Positions 20,565 through 31,500 of a stretch of DNA of 64,000 nucleotides are shown here, in pieces. The DNA comes from Nitrospiraceae bacterium (lineage in GTDB: Bacteria; Nitrospirota; Nitrospiria; Nitrospirales; Nitrospiraceae), in contig JBFWWG010000001.1 of assembly GCA_050246315.1 (NCBI GenBank), forward strand, positions 576,001 through 640,000, written 5' to 3'. Under the pieces are notes generated by a model. It made no database searches. It saw nothing but the letters and a program-made list of their open reading frames with translations, and was not told the origin of the DNA. The translations under genes were made by a program, and so were the position numbers. The stretch's first letter is position 1. The number at the start of each line of letters is the position of its first letter.

Positions 20565-21770
20565 ATGGCCGATACGATTCTCGTTGTCAACGCCGGCTCC
20601 TCCAGCATCAAGTTCTCCGTCTATACCATCGGCGAGGAGTCAGCCCTTTCGCTGACCGTGAAGGGTCAAGTGGACGGGATCGGCACCCGCCCGCGCCTGC
20701 GGGCACGTGACGGCGGCGGGGGGCCGCTGGTCGATCAGCAGTACCCCGTTGCGGACATCCCGGACGTGGCGATCGCCATGGGATGCGTCGGCGCGTGGCT
20801 CCGCGAGCACTTGGCCGGGGCGGTGCCGGTAGCCGTTGGGCATCGGGTGGCCCACGGAGGTCCAGACTACCGGGCGCCGGTGGCGGTGAACCATGAGATC
20901 CTGGCTGCCCTGGAACGCCTGGTCCCGCTTGCTCCCATGCACCAGCCGTTCAATCTTCGTCCCATCCGGACGATCCAAGAGCGCTTCCCCCGTACGGTGC
21001 AGGTAGCCTGTTTCGATACGGGTTTTCACAGAGGCCACCGCGACGTAGCGGACCGGTTCGCCATCTCGGACGCTCTCTATCAAGAAGGGGTTCGTCGCTA
21101 CGGGTTCCACGGCCTGTCCTACGAATACATCGCGCGAGCGCTCCCCAGCGTGGCCCCCGAGATTGCTCAGGGGTCCGTGGTGGTGGCTCACTTGGGCAGC
21201 GGCGCGAGCATGTGCGCCATCAAGGGCGGGCAGAGTGTGGACAGCACGATGGCCTTCACGGGCCTGGACGGTCTTCCGATGGGGACGCGCTGCGGCCAGA
21301 TCGATCCCGGCGTGCTGCTGTACCTTGTCGCTGAAAAGGGGTACGGAGCCAAGGAGCTGGAACGATTTCTCTATCACGAAACCGGGCTACGAGGACTCTC
21401 GGGCATCAGCAACGACGTGCGCGATCTGCTGGCCAGCGAAGACCCACGGGCGCGGCTCGCTCTCGATTACTTCGTCTACCGGGTCACGAAGGAACTGGGC
21501 GCCCTGGCGGCCGCCATGCAGGGCATCGATGCGCTGGTCCTCACAGCGGGCATCAGCGAGAATTCTCCCGACATGCGGGCCCGCATCTGTCGAGGTGCCG
21601 CGTGGCTGGGCCTCCGACTGGACGAGGCCGCCAACCGTGCGGGTGGCCCGCGCATTTCGACGCGGGACTCGAAGGTCTCGGCCTGGGTCATTCCAACGGA
21701 CGAGGAACGGATGATTGCCGAACATACCCTGACGGTCTACCGGGAGCAGGCCGTGCCATTTCCTGCGTAA
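20565..21770 (+). CDS. ackA: Acetate/propionate kinase
   Basis: VNAGSSSIKF, GHRVAHGG, FDTGFH, RYGFHGLSY, HLGSGAS, IPTDEE. Confidence 0.93.
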   Translation: MADTILVVNAGSSSIKFSVYTIGEESALSLTVKGQVDGIGTRPRLRARDGGGGPLVDQQYPVADIPDVAIAMGCVGAWLREHLAGAVPVAVGHRVAHGGPDYRAPVAVNHEILAALERLVPLAPMHQPFNLRPIRTIQERFPRTVQVACFDTGFHRGHRDVADRFAISDALYQEGVRRYGFHGLSYEYIARALPSVAPEIAQGSVVVAHLGSGASMCAIKGGQSVDSTMAFTGLDGLPMGTRCGQIDPGVLLYLVAEKGYGAKELERFLYHETGLRGLSGISNDVRDLLASEDPRARLALDYFVYRVTKELGALAAAMQGIDALVLTAGISENSPDMRARICRGAAWLGLRLDEAANRAGGPRISTRDSKVSAWVIPTDEERMIAEHTLTVYREQAVPFPA

Positions 21771-22064
21771 GGCTCGAATAACGGCGCAGTCCTCACGGCC
21801 ACGACGGCATCCAACGCTTGCCCCTCAGCTCTGAGTCCTCAGTACTGATCCCTCAGTACGTAGCCTCAGCACGTCCAGTTCCGACGACCCTCGTCGGCAA
21901 GTGGCTTGAACGTGCCTTCCCGCTGCAGATCGGCTTGATCCATTCGAACACGGCGAGCAAGACGCGTCGTTCCCCTCCCAAGTCTGGATGCTTTCCATAA
22001 TGGAAACGGGTATTCTTCGGCGGCAAAGGCGGCGGGGTTTCGTCGTCCATGGGAAGAATGTGGC

Positions 22065-24047
22065 ATGAGTAACGGCGATCTGAACTGGATTGCGAACTTT
22101 ATTTGGGGGATCGCGGACGATGTGCTCCGCGACCTGTACGTCCGAGGCAAGTATCGGGATGTCATTCTGCCGATGATCGTCTTGCGGCGGCTCGACGCGC
22201 TGCTGGAGCCGACGAAGCAGGCCGTGCTCGACATGAAGGCCTCGCTCGATAAGGCCAAGATCGTCCATCAGGATCAAGCGCTCAGGCAGGCCGCAGGCCA
22301 CGCGTTCTATAACACCTCCAAGTTCACGCTTCGGGATCTCAAGACGCGGTCGAGTCAGCAACAGCTCAAGGCCGACTTCGAGGCCTATCTGGATGGCTTC
22401 TCGCCGAATGTCCAGGACATTCTCGACAAGTTCGAGTTTCGCAATCAGGTCCCGCGTCTCTCCAAAGCCGACGCCCTCGGCACGTTGATCAACAAATTTC
22501 TGTCGCCGGACATCAACCTGAGTCCGAATCCCGTCAAGCACAACGATGGGTCAGTCAAGCATCCAGGCCTCGACAATCACGCAATGGGAACCATCTTCGA
22601 GGAGCTGGTCCGTCGTTTCAATGAGGAGAACAACGAAGAGGCCGGCGAGCATTGGACGCCGCGCGATGCCGTGAAGCTGATGGCGAAGCTGATCTTCCTG
22701 CCGATCGCCGACCAGATTCAGTCGGGCACCTACCTCCTTTACGACGGGGCCTGCGGGACCGGCGGCATGCTCACCGTAGCGGAAGACACGCTACAACAAC
22801 TGGCGGCCGACCATAAGAAGAAAGTCGCCACGCATCTCTATGGACAGGAGATCAACGCGGAGACCTATGCCATCGCGAAGGCCGACCTGTTGCTGAAAGG
22901 CGAAGGCGAAGCGGCGGACAACATTGTCGGTGGGCCGGAGCATTCGACTCTTTCCAACGATGCCTTTCCCTCCCGCGAGTTCGACTTCATGCTCTCAAAC
23001 CCACCCTACGGCAAGAGCTGGAAGAGCGATCTCGAACGGATGGGCGGCAAGGAGGGCATGAAAGACCCTCGGTTTGTGATTCAGCACGCAGGAGACGCCG
23101 AGTATTCGCTCATCACCCGATCCAGCGACGGCCAGATGTTGTTCCTTGCGAACATGCTTTCGAAGATGAAACACAGGACCAAGCTCGGTAGCCGGATCGC
23201 CGAGGTGCACAATGGCTCGTCGCTCTTCACCGGCGATGCCGGCCAGGGCGAGAGCAACATCCGCCGCTGGATCATCGAGAACGACTGGCTGGAAGCCATC
23301 GTCGCCCTGCCCCTCAACATGTTCTACAACACCGGCATCGCGACCTATATCTGGGTGCTCACCAACCGGAAGCCGGACCGTCGCAAGGGCAAGGTGCAGC
23401 TCATCGATGCCGCCCAGTGGTTCAAGCCGCTGCGCAAGAACCTCGGTAAAAAGAACTGCGAAATATCGGACGACGACATCCAGCGGATCTGCGAGACGTT
23501 CCTCGATTTCAAAGAAACCGGGCAGTCCAAGATATTTCGCAACGAAACTTTCGGCTATTGGAAAGTGACGGTCGAACGGCCGCTGCGGCTGAAGGGGATT
23601 GATCCCCACCGTGTATACAGTCCGAAAGAGATCAAGGCGCTTAGGGAAACCTCTGAGCGAGGCGAGAGCGCGCCGCCGGTCATCAAGAAGATTCATAAGA
23701 AAGGCACGCCAGCCGACCCGTTGCGCGGCCTGTTCGAGGCAACGATCAACGGCAAGCCCTGTGTCGTCGAATACGAGCCTGACACAGAGCTTCGTGATAC
23801 CGAGCAGATCCCGCTACTGGAAGAAGGCGGCATCGAAGCCTTCATCCGCCGTGAAGTGCTGCCCCATGTCCCCGACGCCTGGTACGACCAGGAAAGCGTC
23901 AAGACCGGCTACGAGATCAGCTTCACCCGTTACTTCCACAAGCCGCAGCCGCTGCGATCCCTCGAAGAAATCAGAACCGACATCCTGGCGTTGGAGAAGG
24001 AAACCGAGGGGCTGCTGGGCGACATCATCGGCGGAAACGGACGATGA
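22065..24047 (+). CDS. hsdM: Type I restriction-modification methyltransferase subunit M
   Basis: YDGACGTGGM, YGQE, NPPY motifs; FIWGIADDVLR N-terminus. Confidence 0.95.
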   Translation: MSNGDLNWIANFIWGIADDVLRDLYVRGKYRDVILPMIVLRRLDALLEPTKQAVLDMKASLDKAKIVHQDQALRQAAGHAFYNTSKFTLRDLKTRSSQQQLKADFEAYLDGFSPNVQDILDKFEFRNQVPRLSKADALGTLINKFLSPDINLSPNPVKHNDGSVKHPGLDNHAMGTIFEELVRRFNEENNEEAGEHWTPRDAVKLMAKLIFLPIADQIQSGTYLLYDGACGTGGMLTVAEDTLQQLAADHKKKVATHLYGQEINAETYAIAKADLLLKGEGEAADNIVGGPEHSTLSNDAFPSREFDFMLSNPPYGKSWKSDLERMGGKEGMKDPRFVIQHAGDAEYSLITRSSDGQMLFLANMLSKMKHRTKLGSRIAEVHNGSSLFTGDAGQGESNIRRWIIENDWLEAIVALPLNMFYNTGIATYIWVLTNRKPDRRKGKVQLIDAAQWFKPLRKNLGKKNCEISDDDIQRICETFLDFKETGQSKIFRNETFGYWKVTVERPLRLKGIDPHRVYSPKEIKALRETSERGESAPPVIKKIHKKGTPADPLRGLFEATINGKPCVVEYEPDTELRDTEQIPLLEEGGIEAFIRREVLPHVPDAWYDQESVKTGYEISFTRYFHKPQPLRSLEEIRTDILALEKETEGLLGDIIGGNGR

Positions 24048-25165
24048 GCGCGAAAAAGACGGTCTCCAAAACCAAGCCGAGAGCCATGGGAGCCGTGTCT
24101 GATGCGCTGCTGACGGAGGTACGCCACCTCGTCGTCGAAGCCCGCCAGCAGACCGCCCGCATGGTCAACGCCGGTCTGACGCTCCTCTATTGGCAGGTCG
24201 GCAGCCGGATCCGGCGGGAACTTCTCAAGGAGAAGCGGGCAGACTATGGTGAGCGGATGGTTTCTTCGCTGGGAAGGCAATTAGAATCCGAGTTTGGAAA
24301 GGGGTTCGCGGAAAAGAACCTCCGGCGCATGATCCAGTTCGCCGAGGTCTTTCCGAACCGCGAAATTGTCGTATCGCTGATACGACAATTGACCTGGACC
24401 CATTTCATCGCTCTGATCCCGCTCAAAGATCCCTTGCAGCGCGACTTCTACGCAGAGATGTGCCGAGTGGAACATTGGAGCGTCCGGACGTTGCGCTCCC
24501 GCATCGACAGCATGCTCTTTGAGCGGACAGCCCTCTCCAAGAAGCCGGACCAACTCATCCAGAAGGAACTGAAGGCCCTTCGGGATGAAGACCGACTTAC
24601 CCCGGATCTCGTGTTCCGCGACCCCTACGTGCTCGACTTCCTCGGTCTCAGGGACACCTACAGCGAGAAGGATCTGGAGAATGCGTTGCTGCGGGAGATC
24701 GAATCGTTCCTCTTGGAACTGGGCGCCGGGTTCGCATTTGTCGAGCGCCAGAAGCGCATCACCCTGGACGGGGAGGACTATTACATCGATCTGCTCTTCT
24801 ATCACCGGCGGCTGCAGCGGCTGGTGGTCATCGAACTGAAGATCGGCGACTTCAAACCCGCCGACGCCGGCCAGATGGAACTGTACCTGCGCTGGATCGA
24901 CCGCCACGAGCGGCAGGAGGGCGAAGACACGCCTCTCGGCCTCATCCTCTGCGCCGGCAAGAAGCGCGAGACGGTCGAGGTGCTCGAACTTGAACCGCGA
25001 GGCATCCATGTCGCCGAGTACCTGACCGAACTGCCACCGCGGGAACTGCTCGCGCGACGCCTACACGACGCCGTCGCGCGCGCCCGACTGCGGATCGAGG
25101 AGCGGGCGGCGCACGAGGCCCCGGCAAGGTCCGCTTCTGATCGCAGGAAGAAGAGCCCCAAGTGA
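24044..25165 (+). CDS. DUF1016 / YhcG-like PD-(D/E)XK nuclease
   Basis: YWQVG, NLRRM, LTWTHF, RDPYVLDFL, ELGAGFAFVERQ, IDLLFYH, ELKIG, GQMELY. Confidence 0.9.
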   Translation: MSAKKTVSKTKPRAMGAVSDALLTEVRHLVVEARQQTARMVNAGLTLLYWQVGSRIRRELLKEKRADYGERMVSSLGRQLESEFGKGFAEKNLRRMIQFAEVFPNREIVVSLIRQLTWTHFIALIPLKDPLQRDFYAEMCRVEHWSVRTLRSRIDSMLFERTALSKKPDQLIQKELKALRDEDRLTPDLVFRDPYVLDFLGLRDTYSEKDLENALLREIESFLLELGAGFAFVERQKRITLDGEDYYIDLLFYHRRLQRLVVIELKIGDFKPADAGQMELYLRWIDRHERQEGEDTPLGLILCAGKKRETVEVLELEPRGIHVAEYLTELPPRELLARRLHDAVARARLRIEERAAHEAPARSASDRRKKSPK

Positions 25166-26604
25166 TCCACGCCCTCAAACCCTATCCGGTCTACAAGGAC
25201 TCCGGCGTGCCGTGGCTGGGGGAGGTGCCGGAGAAGTGGAATGTCTTGCCTGCCCTGGCAGTGTACAAGCCAAGGCAAGTGAAGAACACGGGCATGCTGG
25301 AGAAGACGGTGCTCTCCCTCAGTTATGGCCGCATCATTGTGAAGCCGTCGGAGAAGCTGCACGGGTTAGTACCAGAATCCTTCGAGACCTACCAAATCGT
25401 CGATGCAGGCAATATCGTTGTTCGCACAACCGATCTGCAGAACGACCAGACAAGCTTACGGGTAGGCCACTGCAATGACCGTGGCATTATCACATCGGCA
25501 TACATGTGTTTAGAAACGAAGGATCAGGTTTCGAATGAGTTCGGCTACCAGTTCCTCAATGCCTATGACCTCCTCAAGATCATCTATGGCTTCGGCTCAG
25601 GACTACGTCAGAATTTAGACTTCGTAGATATCAAACGTATGCCGGTTCTTGTCCCGCCAAAGGACGAACAATCCGCCATCGTCCGCTTTCTCGACCATGC
25701 GGACCGGCGGATCAGGCGCTACATCCGCGCCAAGCAGAAACTGATCAAGCTGCTGGAGGAACAGAAACAGGCCATCATCCACCGCGCCGTCACCCGCGGG
25801 CTTGATCCCAATGTCCGCCTCAAACCATCTGGTGTGGAGTGGCTCGGCGATGTGCCGGAGCATTGGGAGGTGAGGAAACTCGGACAGATCACGGTTTCGT
25901 TTAGAACCGGTCCTTTCGGCAGCATTCTGCACCAGACCGACTATGTTGAGGGAGGTACTCCGGTCATAAATCCAACACACATGGCCGGGGGAAGGATCAT
26001 CGAGGACACACACTGTGGTGTACCGCCCACTGTGAGAGACGTACTGATTAACTACAGGTTGGAACTGCACGATCTCATTTTTGCGAGGCGAGGCCAGCTA
26101 GGGCGATGTGCTCTTGTGAGAGAGCGAGAAGTGGGATGGCTCTGCGGTACTGGCAGCATCCGAGTTCGTGTCAGTTACACAGGAATCGAGCCGGAATATC
26201 TCATCCAGTTACTGCAGGTCCGATGGGTTGGTGAGTACCTGTCGCTGTTCTCTGTAGGTGCAACAATGGACAGCCTTAACACCGGCATCCTCAAGCGAGT
26301 TCCTTTACTTCTGCCACCTGTCAAGGAACAGCGTGCAATTCTTGCGGGTATTGCCGAGGAACGCCGGTTCATTGATAGTGCAGTAGCAGATACCCATCGC
26401 GAAATTGCCCTCATTCGTGAATACCGCACCCGCCTCATTGCCGACGTGGTGACCGGCAAGCTCGATGTGCGAGAGGCAGCGGCCAAGCTACCGGATGAGA
26501 CCGACGAGCCTGAATCGTTCGATGAGGCGGATGCGCCTTTGGAGGATGACAACAATGCTGAGGATGCTGACCTTGATGTCGCCACCGATGAGGCCGAGGC
26601 GTGA
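25162..26604 (+). CDS. hsdS: Type I R-M specificity subunit S
   Basis: Repeated conserved regions KDSGVPWLGEVP / KPSGVEWLGDVPEHW, PP..EQ, two variable TRDs, LIADVVTGK. Confidence 0.93.
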   Translation: MIHALKPYPVYKDSGVPWLGEVPEKWNVLPALAVYKPRQVKNTGMLEKTVLSLSYGRIIVKPSEKLHGLVPESFETYQIVDAGNIVVRTTDLQNDQTSLRVGHCNDRGIITSAYMCLETKDQVSNEFGYQFLNAYDLLKIIYGFGSGLRQNLDFVDIKRMPVLVPPKDEQSAIVRFLDHADRRIRRYIRAKQKLIKLLEEQKQAIIHRAVTRGLDPNVRLKPSGVEWLGDVPEHWEVRKLGQITVSFRTGPFGSILHQTDYVEGGTPVINPTHMAGGRIIEDTHCGVPPTVRDVLINYRLELHDLIFARRGQLGRCALVREREVGWLCGTGSIRVRVSYTGIEPEYLIQLLQVRWVGEYLSLFSVGATMDSLNTGILKRVPLLLPPVKEQRAILAGIAEERRFIDSAVADTHREIALIREYRTRLIADVVTGKLDVREAAAKLPDETDEPESFDEADAPLEDDNNAEDADLDVATDEAEA

Positions 26605-28274
26605 GCGCCAGCAGCTTCATCGCGCTTGTGGATCGCCTGCGAGACTTACCGGCGGAAACGGAGTGGTGTGAGTTCAAACGCAATAACTACGAAGCGCAGC
26701 AGCTTGGTGAATATCTGTCGGCCCTAGCCAACGCCGCCTGTCTGTCGGGCCAACCGCAAGGGTATCTTGTCTTCGGCATCGATGACGAGACGCACGAAAT
26801 CGTGGGGACTGAGTTCGATCCCTATACTACGAAGGCTAAGGGGAACCAAGACCTGCTTCCGTGGCTGGCAGGGGGACTTCGGCCCAACACCGGTTTTGAG
26901 CCACGTATCGTCGAACACCCCCAGGGTCGTGTCGTCCTGTTTGAGATCGGTCCAGCACGCGATCAGCCGGTGCGTTTCTATGACGAAGCGTTCGTCCGTG
27001 TTGGCTCAAGCAAGACAGAACTGAGCAAACACCCTGAGAAGGCGCGAGCCATCTGGACGCGCGGGTGTGATTGGTCATCCGGCGTGAGCGATAGTGCCAC
27101 CCTGATGGATCTCGATCCGGAAGCGGTCGCGAAGGCGCGTGAACAATTCGTCGTCAAGCGTCCCGGCCAGGCGCAAGAGGTGTCAGGGTGGAACGATGCG
27201 ACGTTCCTCAATAAGGCAAAGGTGCTCAAGCAAGGTGCGGTGACGCAGACCGCTCTGCTTTTGCTCGGGCGTGCGGAATCGGCCGCGGTACTTTCACCGG
27301 CGATCGCCAAGATTTCCTGGATCTTGAAGGATACAGATAACCGTGAACTGGACTATGAGCACTTCGGTCCTCCGTTCATCCTGGCCGGAGACCGCCTGCT
27401 CAAGCGAATCCGCAATCTGATGGTGAGGGCGCTGCCCAGCGGGACACTCTTCCCGCAGGAGATCACTCAGTACGATCCTTGGGTGATCCGCGAGGCTCTG
27501 CACAATTGTATTGCCCATCAAGACTATGGGCTCCACGGACGTGTCGTCGTTGTCGAATACCCGGACCGGGTCATTTTGACCAATGTCGGCGATTTCTTGC
27601 CCGGTGATGTCGACACGGTCATCCGGTAAAACGCGCCACAGGCCATCTATCGGAATCCGTTTCTGGCTGATGCCATGGTTGCGCTCAACATGATTGATAC
27701 GCAAGGCGGGGGTATCAAACGCATGTTCGAGACTCAGCGGAAGCGCTCCTTCCCCCTGCCGGACTATGATTTGAGCGATCCTGCCCATGTCACGGTGACG
27801 ATCAGCGGGCGGATCCTCGATGAACGCTACACCAGACTCATGATGGAGCGAACGGACCTCAATCTTGAACAGGTCATCCTCCTCGATCGGGTGCAGAAAA
27901 AGAAGCCGATCAGCAAAGACGAACACCGGCACTTGAAAGTTGCTGGGCTTGTTGAGGGCCGCTACCCAAGCCTCATGGTCGCTGGGGCTGTAGCGAAGGT
28001 GACTGGTGAGATGGGGCGGCATATCAGGGAACGTGGATTCAGCAAACAATACTACCTGGACCTGATCCTGGCGCTGTTGCGTGAGCATGGCCCAGTCGAC
28101 CGGGCTGCTGTGGACGATGTGCTGCTCTCGAAGCTGCCGGATCGTCTAACCTCTACACAGAAACAGCGAAAAGTTCACAATCTTTTACAGGAACTCAGGC
28201 GGTCGGGCATCATTGCAAACAGAGGCACTCGGGCGGATCCCAAATGGACGTTGGTCGGAGCAGCAGAGGAATAA
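26601..28274 (+). pseudogene. Schlafen/AlbA_2 + HATPase_c_4 + HTH protein split by an in-frame TAA at 27627-27629
   Basis: ETEWCEFK..ALAN..GYLVFGIDD (AlbA_2); REALHNCIAHQDY; frame continues after the stop as NAPQAIYRNPFLADAMVALNMIDTQGGGIKRM. Confidence 0.8.
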
Positions 28275-28557
28275 GCAAAGAGATTCTTTTGGAAAACATA
28301 GGGCTATTCAGGTCGGCAGCGTATAACTTTTTGATAAATCAGGGTCTCTTTCTTTGCTAACCATTCTGAGTATTGACGTGCTAGCAAAGGGATTAGCAAA
28401 GGAGTCGCTGTATGGTCGAAGTCGGATCGGAATCATGTTGCTTGACGGTTGCTTGATTAGAGAGGGTGTCATATGCGGATCTTGGTGTGCGGCTCCTTTG
28501 AAATCAATGGGTAAGAGGCTGCTCGTTACTTGATGGGTACTTGATTAGAGGCTTGGC

Positions 28558-31500
28558 GTGAGCACCGACACCAGCGAACGGGGTTTTGAGACTCTGATCG
28601 TCGAGGCGATGGCGGGTCGGCCATCTGGCGAGCCGCCTCCTCCCGCCGAGGGCATTGGTCTGATTCGGCCTCGGTACGGCGGAACCGGATGGATCCCCGG
28701 CCAAGCCCAAGACTACGACCGCGAGTTCTGCGTCGATCTTCCGCAGCTCCGGACTTTCCTCCAGGCCACCCAGCCGAACATAGCAGAGGCGTTGGATCTC
28801 ACCAGCGATAGCCCCACTCGCCGCAAGTTCCTGGCTCGACTTCAAGGGGAGATTTCCAAGCGGGGCGTGATCGACGTGCTCCGGCATGGGGTTAAGGACG
28901 GTCCACACCATATCGACCTGTTCTTCGGCACGCCTTCCCCAGGCAATGAGAAGGCCGGCGCACTCTATGCGGCCAACCGGTTCTCCGTCACCAGGCAGCT
29001 TCGCTATAGCCGTGACGAGATGCAACGGGCTCTTGACCTCGCGCTCTTCATCAACGGCCTGCCGATCGCGACCTTCGAACTGAAGAACAGCCTGACCAAG
29101 CAGACGGTTGAAGACGCGGTGGAGCAGTACAAGCGCGATCGCGATCCCCGAGAGAAGCTCTTCGAGTTCGGCCGCTGCGTCGTGCACTTCGCCGTGGACG
29201 ATCATGAAGTGCGCTTCTGCACGCATCTGAAAGGGAAAGGGTCGTGGTTTCTTCCCTTCAATCAAGGCTGGAACGATGGGACCGGCAATCCGCCAAATCC
29301 CCACGGCATCAAGACCGATTACCTCTGGAGGACGATCCTCACCCGTGAGGGTCTGACCGACATCTTGGAGAACTATGCGCAGGTCGTCGAGGAAAGGAAT
29401 GAAAAGACGGGCCGCATGAAGTCGGTCCAAATCTGGCCGCGCTTTCATCAGCTCGATGTGGTACGCAAGCTGCTTGCTGCCGCGCGGCAGCATGGCGCTG
29501 GCCGGCGCTACTTGATCCAACACTCGGCCGGCAGCGGCAAATCCAACTCCATCGCCTGGCTTAGCCATCAACTTATCGGACTGCACAAAGCGGATACGTT
29601 GACCTTTGACTCGATCATCGTCGTGACCGATCGAAAGATCCTCGATAGGCAGATTCGCGACACGATCAAACAATTCGCCCAAGTCGGTGCGACCGTGGGG
29701 CATGCCGAACACTCCGGAGATCTGCGCCAGTTCATTGCCGAGGGCAAGAAGATCATCATCTCCACGGTGCAGAAGTTTCCGTTCATCCTGGATGAGATCG
29801 GGAGCGAGAAACGGGGCCGCTCGTTCGCCATCATCATCGACGAGGCCCATTCGAGCCAGGGCGGTCGCACGTCCGCCGCGCTCAGCATGGCGCTCTCGAC
29901 AGCCGGGGCCGAGGAGGATGACGAAACCATCGAGGATACAATCAACCGGCTCATGGAAGTCAAGAAGCTCCTGCCGAACGCGAGCTACTTCGCCTTTACT
30001 GCCACGCCCAAGAACAAGACATTGGAGATTTTCGGTGAGGCGCTGCCTCCCGACGCGGAAGGGAAGGTCCGCCACCGTCCCTTCCATAGCTATACGATGA
30101 AGCAGGCGATTCAGGAAGGCTTCATCCTCGACGTCCTCAAGCATTACACGCCGGTCGAGAGCTACTACAAACTGGTCAAGAAAGTGGAGGGAGATCCGGA
30201 GTTCGATACGAAACGGGCCAAGAAGAAGCTGCGCCGCTATGTCGAAAGTCATGACCATGCCATTAGACTCAAGGCCGAAATCATGGTGGACCATTTCCAT
30301 GAACAGGTGCTGGCGCTCAACAAGGTCGGCGGGCAGGCCAGGGCCATGGTCGTGACCAGCGGCATTGAGCGGGCCATTCAATACTTCCACGCCTTCGGTG
30401 ACTATTTGGCCGAACGCAAGAGCCCCTACAAGCCCACTGTCGCCTTCTCGGGCGAACATGAGTACGGCGGCGCAAAGGTTACGGAGGCTTCGCTCAACGG
30501 CTTCCCGTCGAGTCAGATTGCGGACAAGATCCAGGAAGATCCGTACCGGTTTCTGATCTGTGCCGACAAATTTCAAACCGGCTACGACGAACCGCTGCTC
30601 CATACGATGTACGTGGACAAGATCCTCTCCGGCATCAAAGCTGTGCAAACGCTCTCGCGGCTTAACCGCGCCCATCCGCAGAAGCACGACGTGTTCGTGC
30701 TCGACTTTATGAACGACAGCGAGACGATCCAGGAGGCGTTTGCCGACTACTACCGCGCGACAATTCTTTCGGAAGAGACCGATCCTAATAAGTTGCATGA
30801 TCTCAAGGCCGCACTCGACGGCTATCAGGTCTATGCGCCTGCTCAGACTGAACAGCTCGTGACGCTGTATCTTGGTGGCGCCGATCGAGACAAGCTCGAT
30901 CCGATTCTCGACGCCTGCGTGGCTGTCTACACAGAGCAATTGGGCGAAGATGGTCAGGTGGATTTCAAGGGTAAAGCCAAAGCGTTCCTACGCGCGTACG
31001 GCTTCCTCTCTTCAATTTTGCCCTACACCAACGCGGACTGGGAAAGGCTGTCGATCTTCCTCAATTTTCTTGTCCCCAAGTTGCCGGCGCCGAAGGAAGA
31101 GGATCTGTCCAAAGGCATCCTCGAAGCCATCGACATGGACAGCTATCGCGTTGAGAAAAAGGCCGCGATGAAGATTCAGTTGCCGGACGAGAACGCCGAG
31201 ATCGAGCCGGTCCCCATGACCGGAGGAGGGAGCAAGGCCGAGCCAGAGTTGGATCGGCTCTCCAACATCCTGAAGTCCTTCAATGATCAATTCGGCAACA
31301 TCCCCTGGACCGACGCCGACCGGGTGCACAAGCTCATCACCGAAGACATCCCGAACCGCGTAGCGGCCGATACGGCCTACCAAAATGCCAAACAGAACTC
31401 GGACAGGCAGAACGCCCGCATCGAGCACGACAAGGCGCTGGCCAGAGTGATGACCGCCGTGCTCAAGGACGACACCGAACTGTTCAAGCAATTCATGGAC

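Noticed and set aside
27627..27629. Selenocysteine or pyrrolysine recoding in the Schlafen gene
   Set aside because: The stop is TAA, not TGA or TAG
28504..30939. 811-aa minus-strand ORF
   Set aside because: Antisense shadow of hsdR
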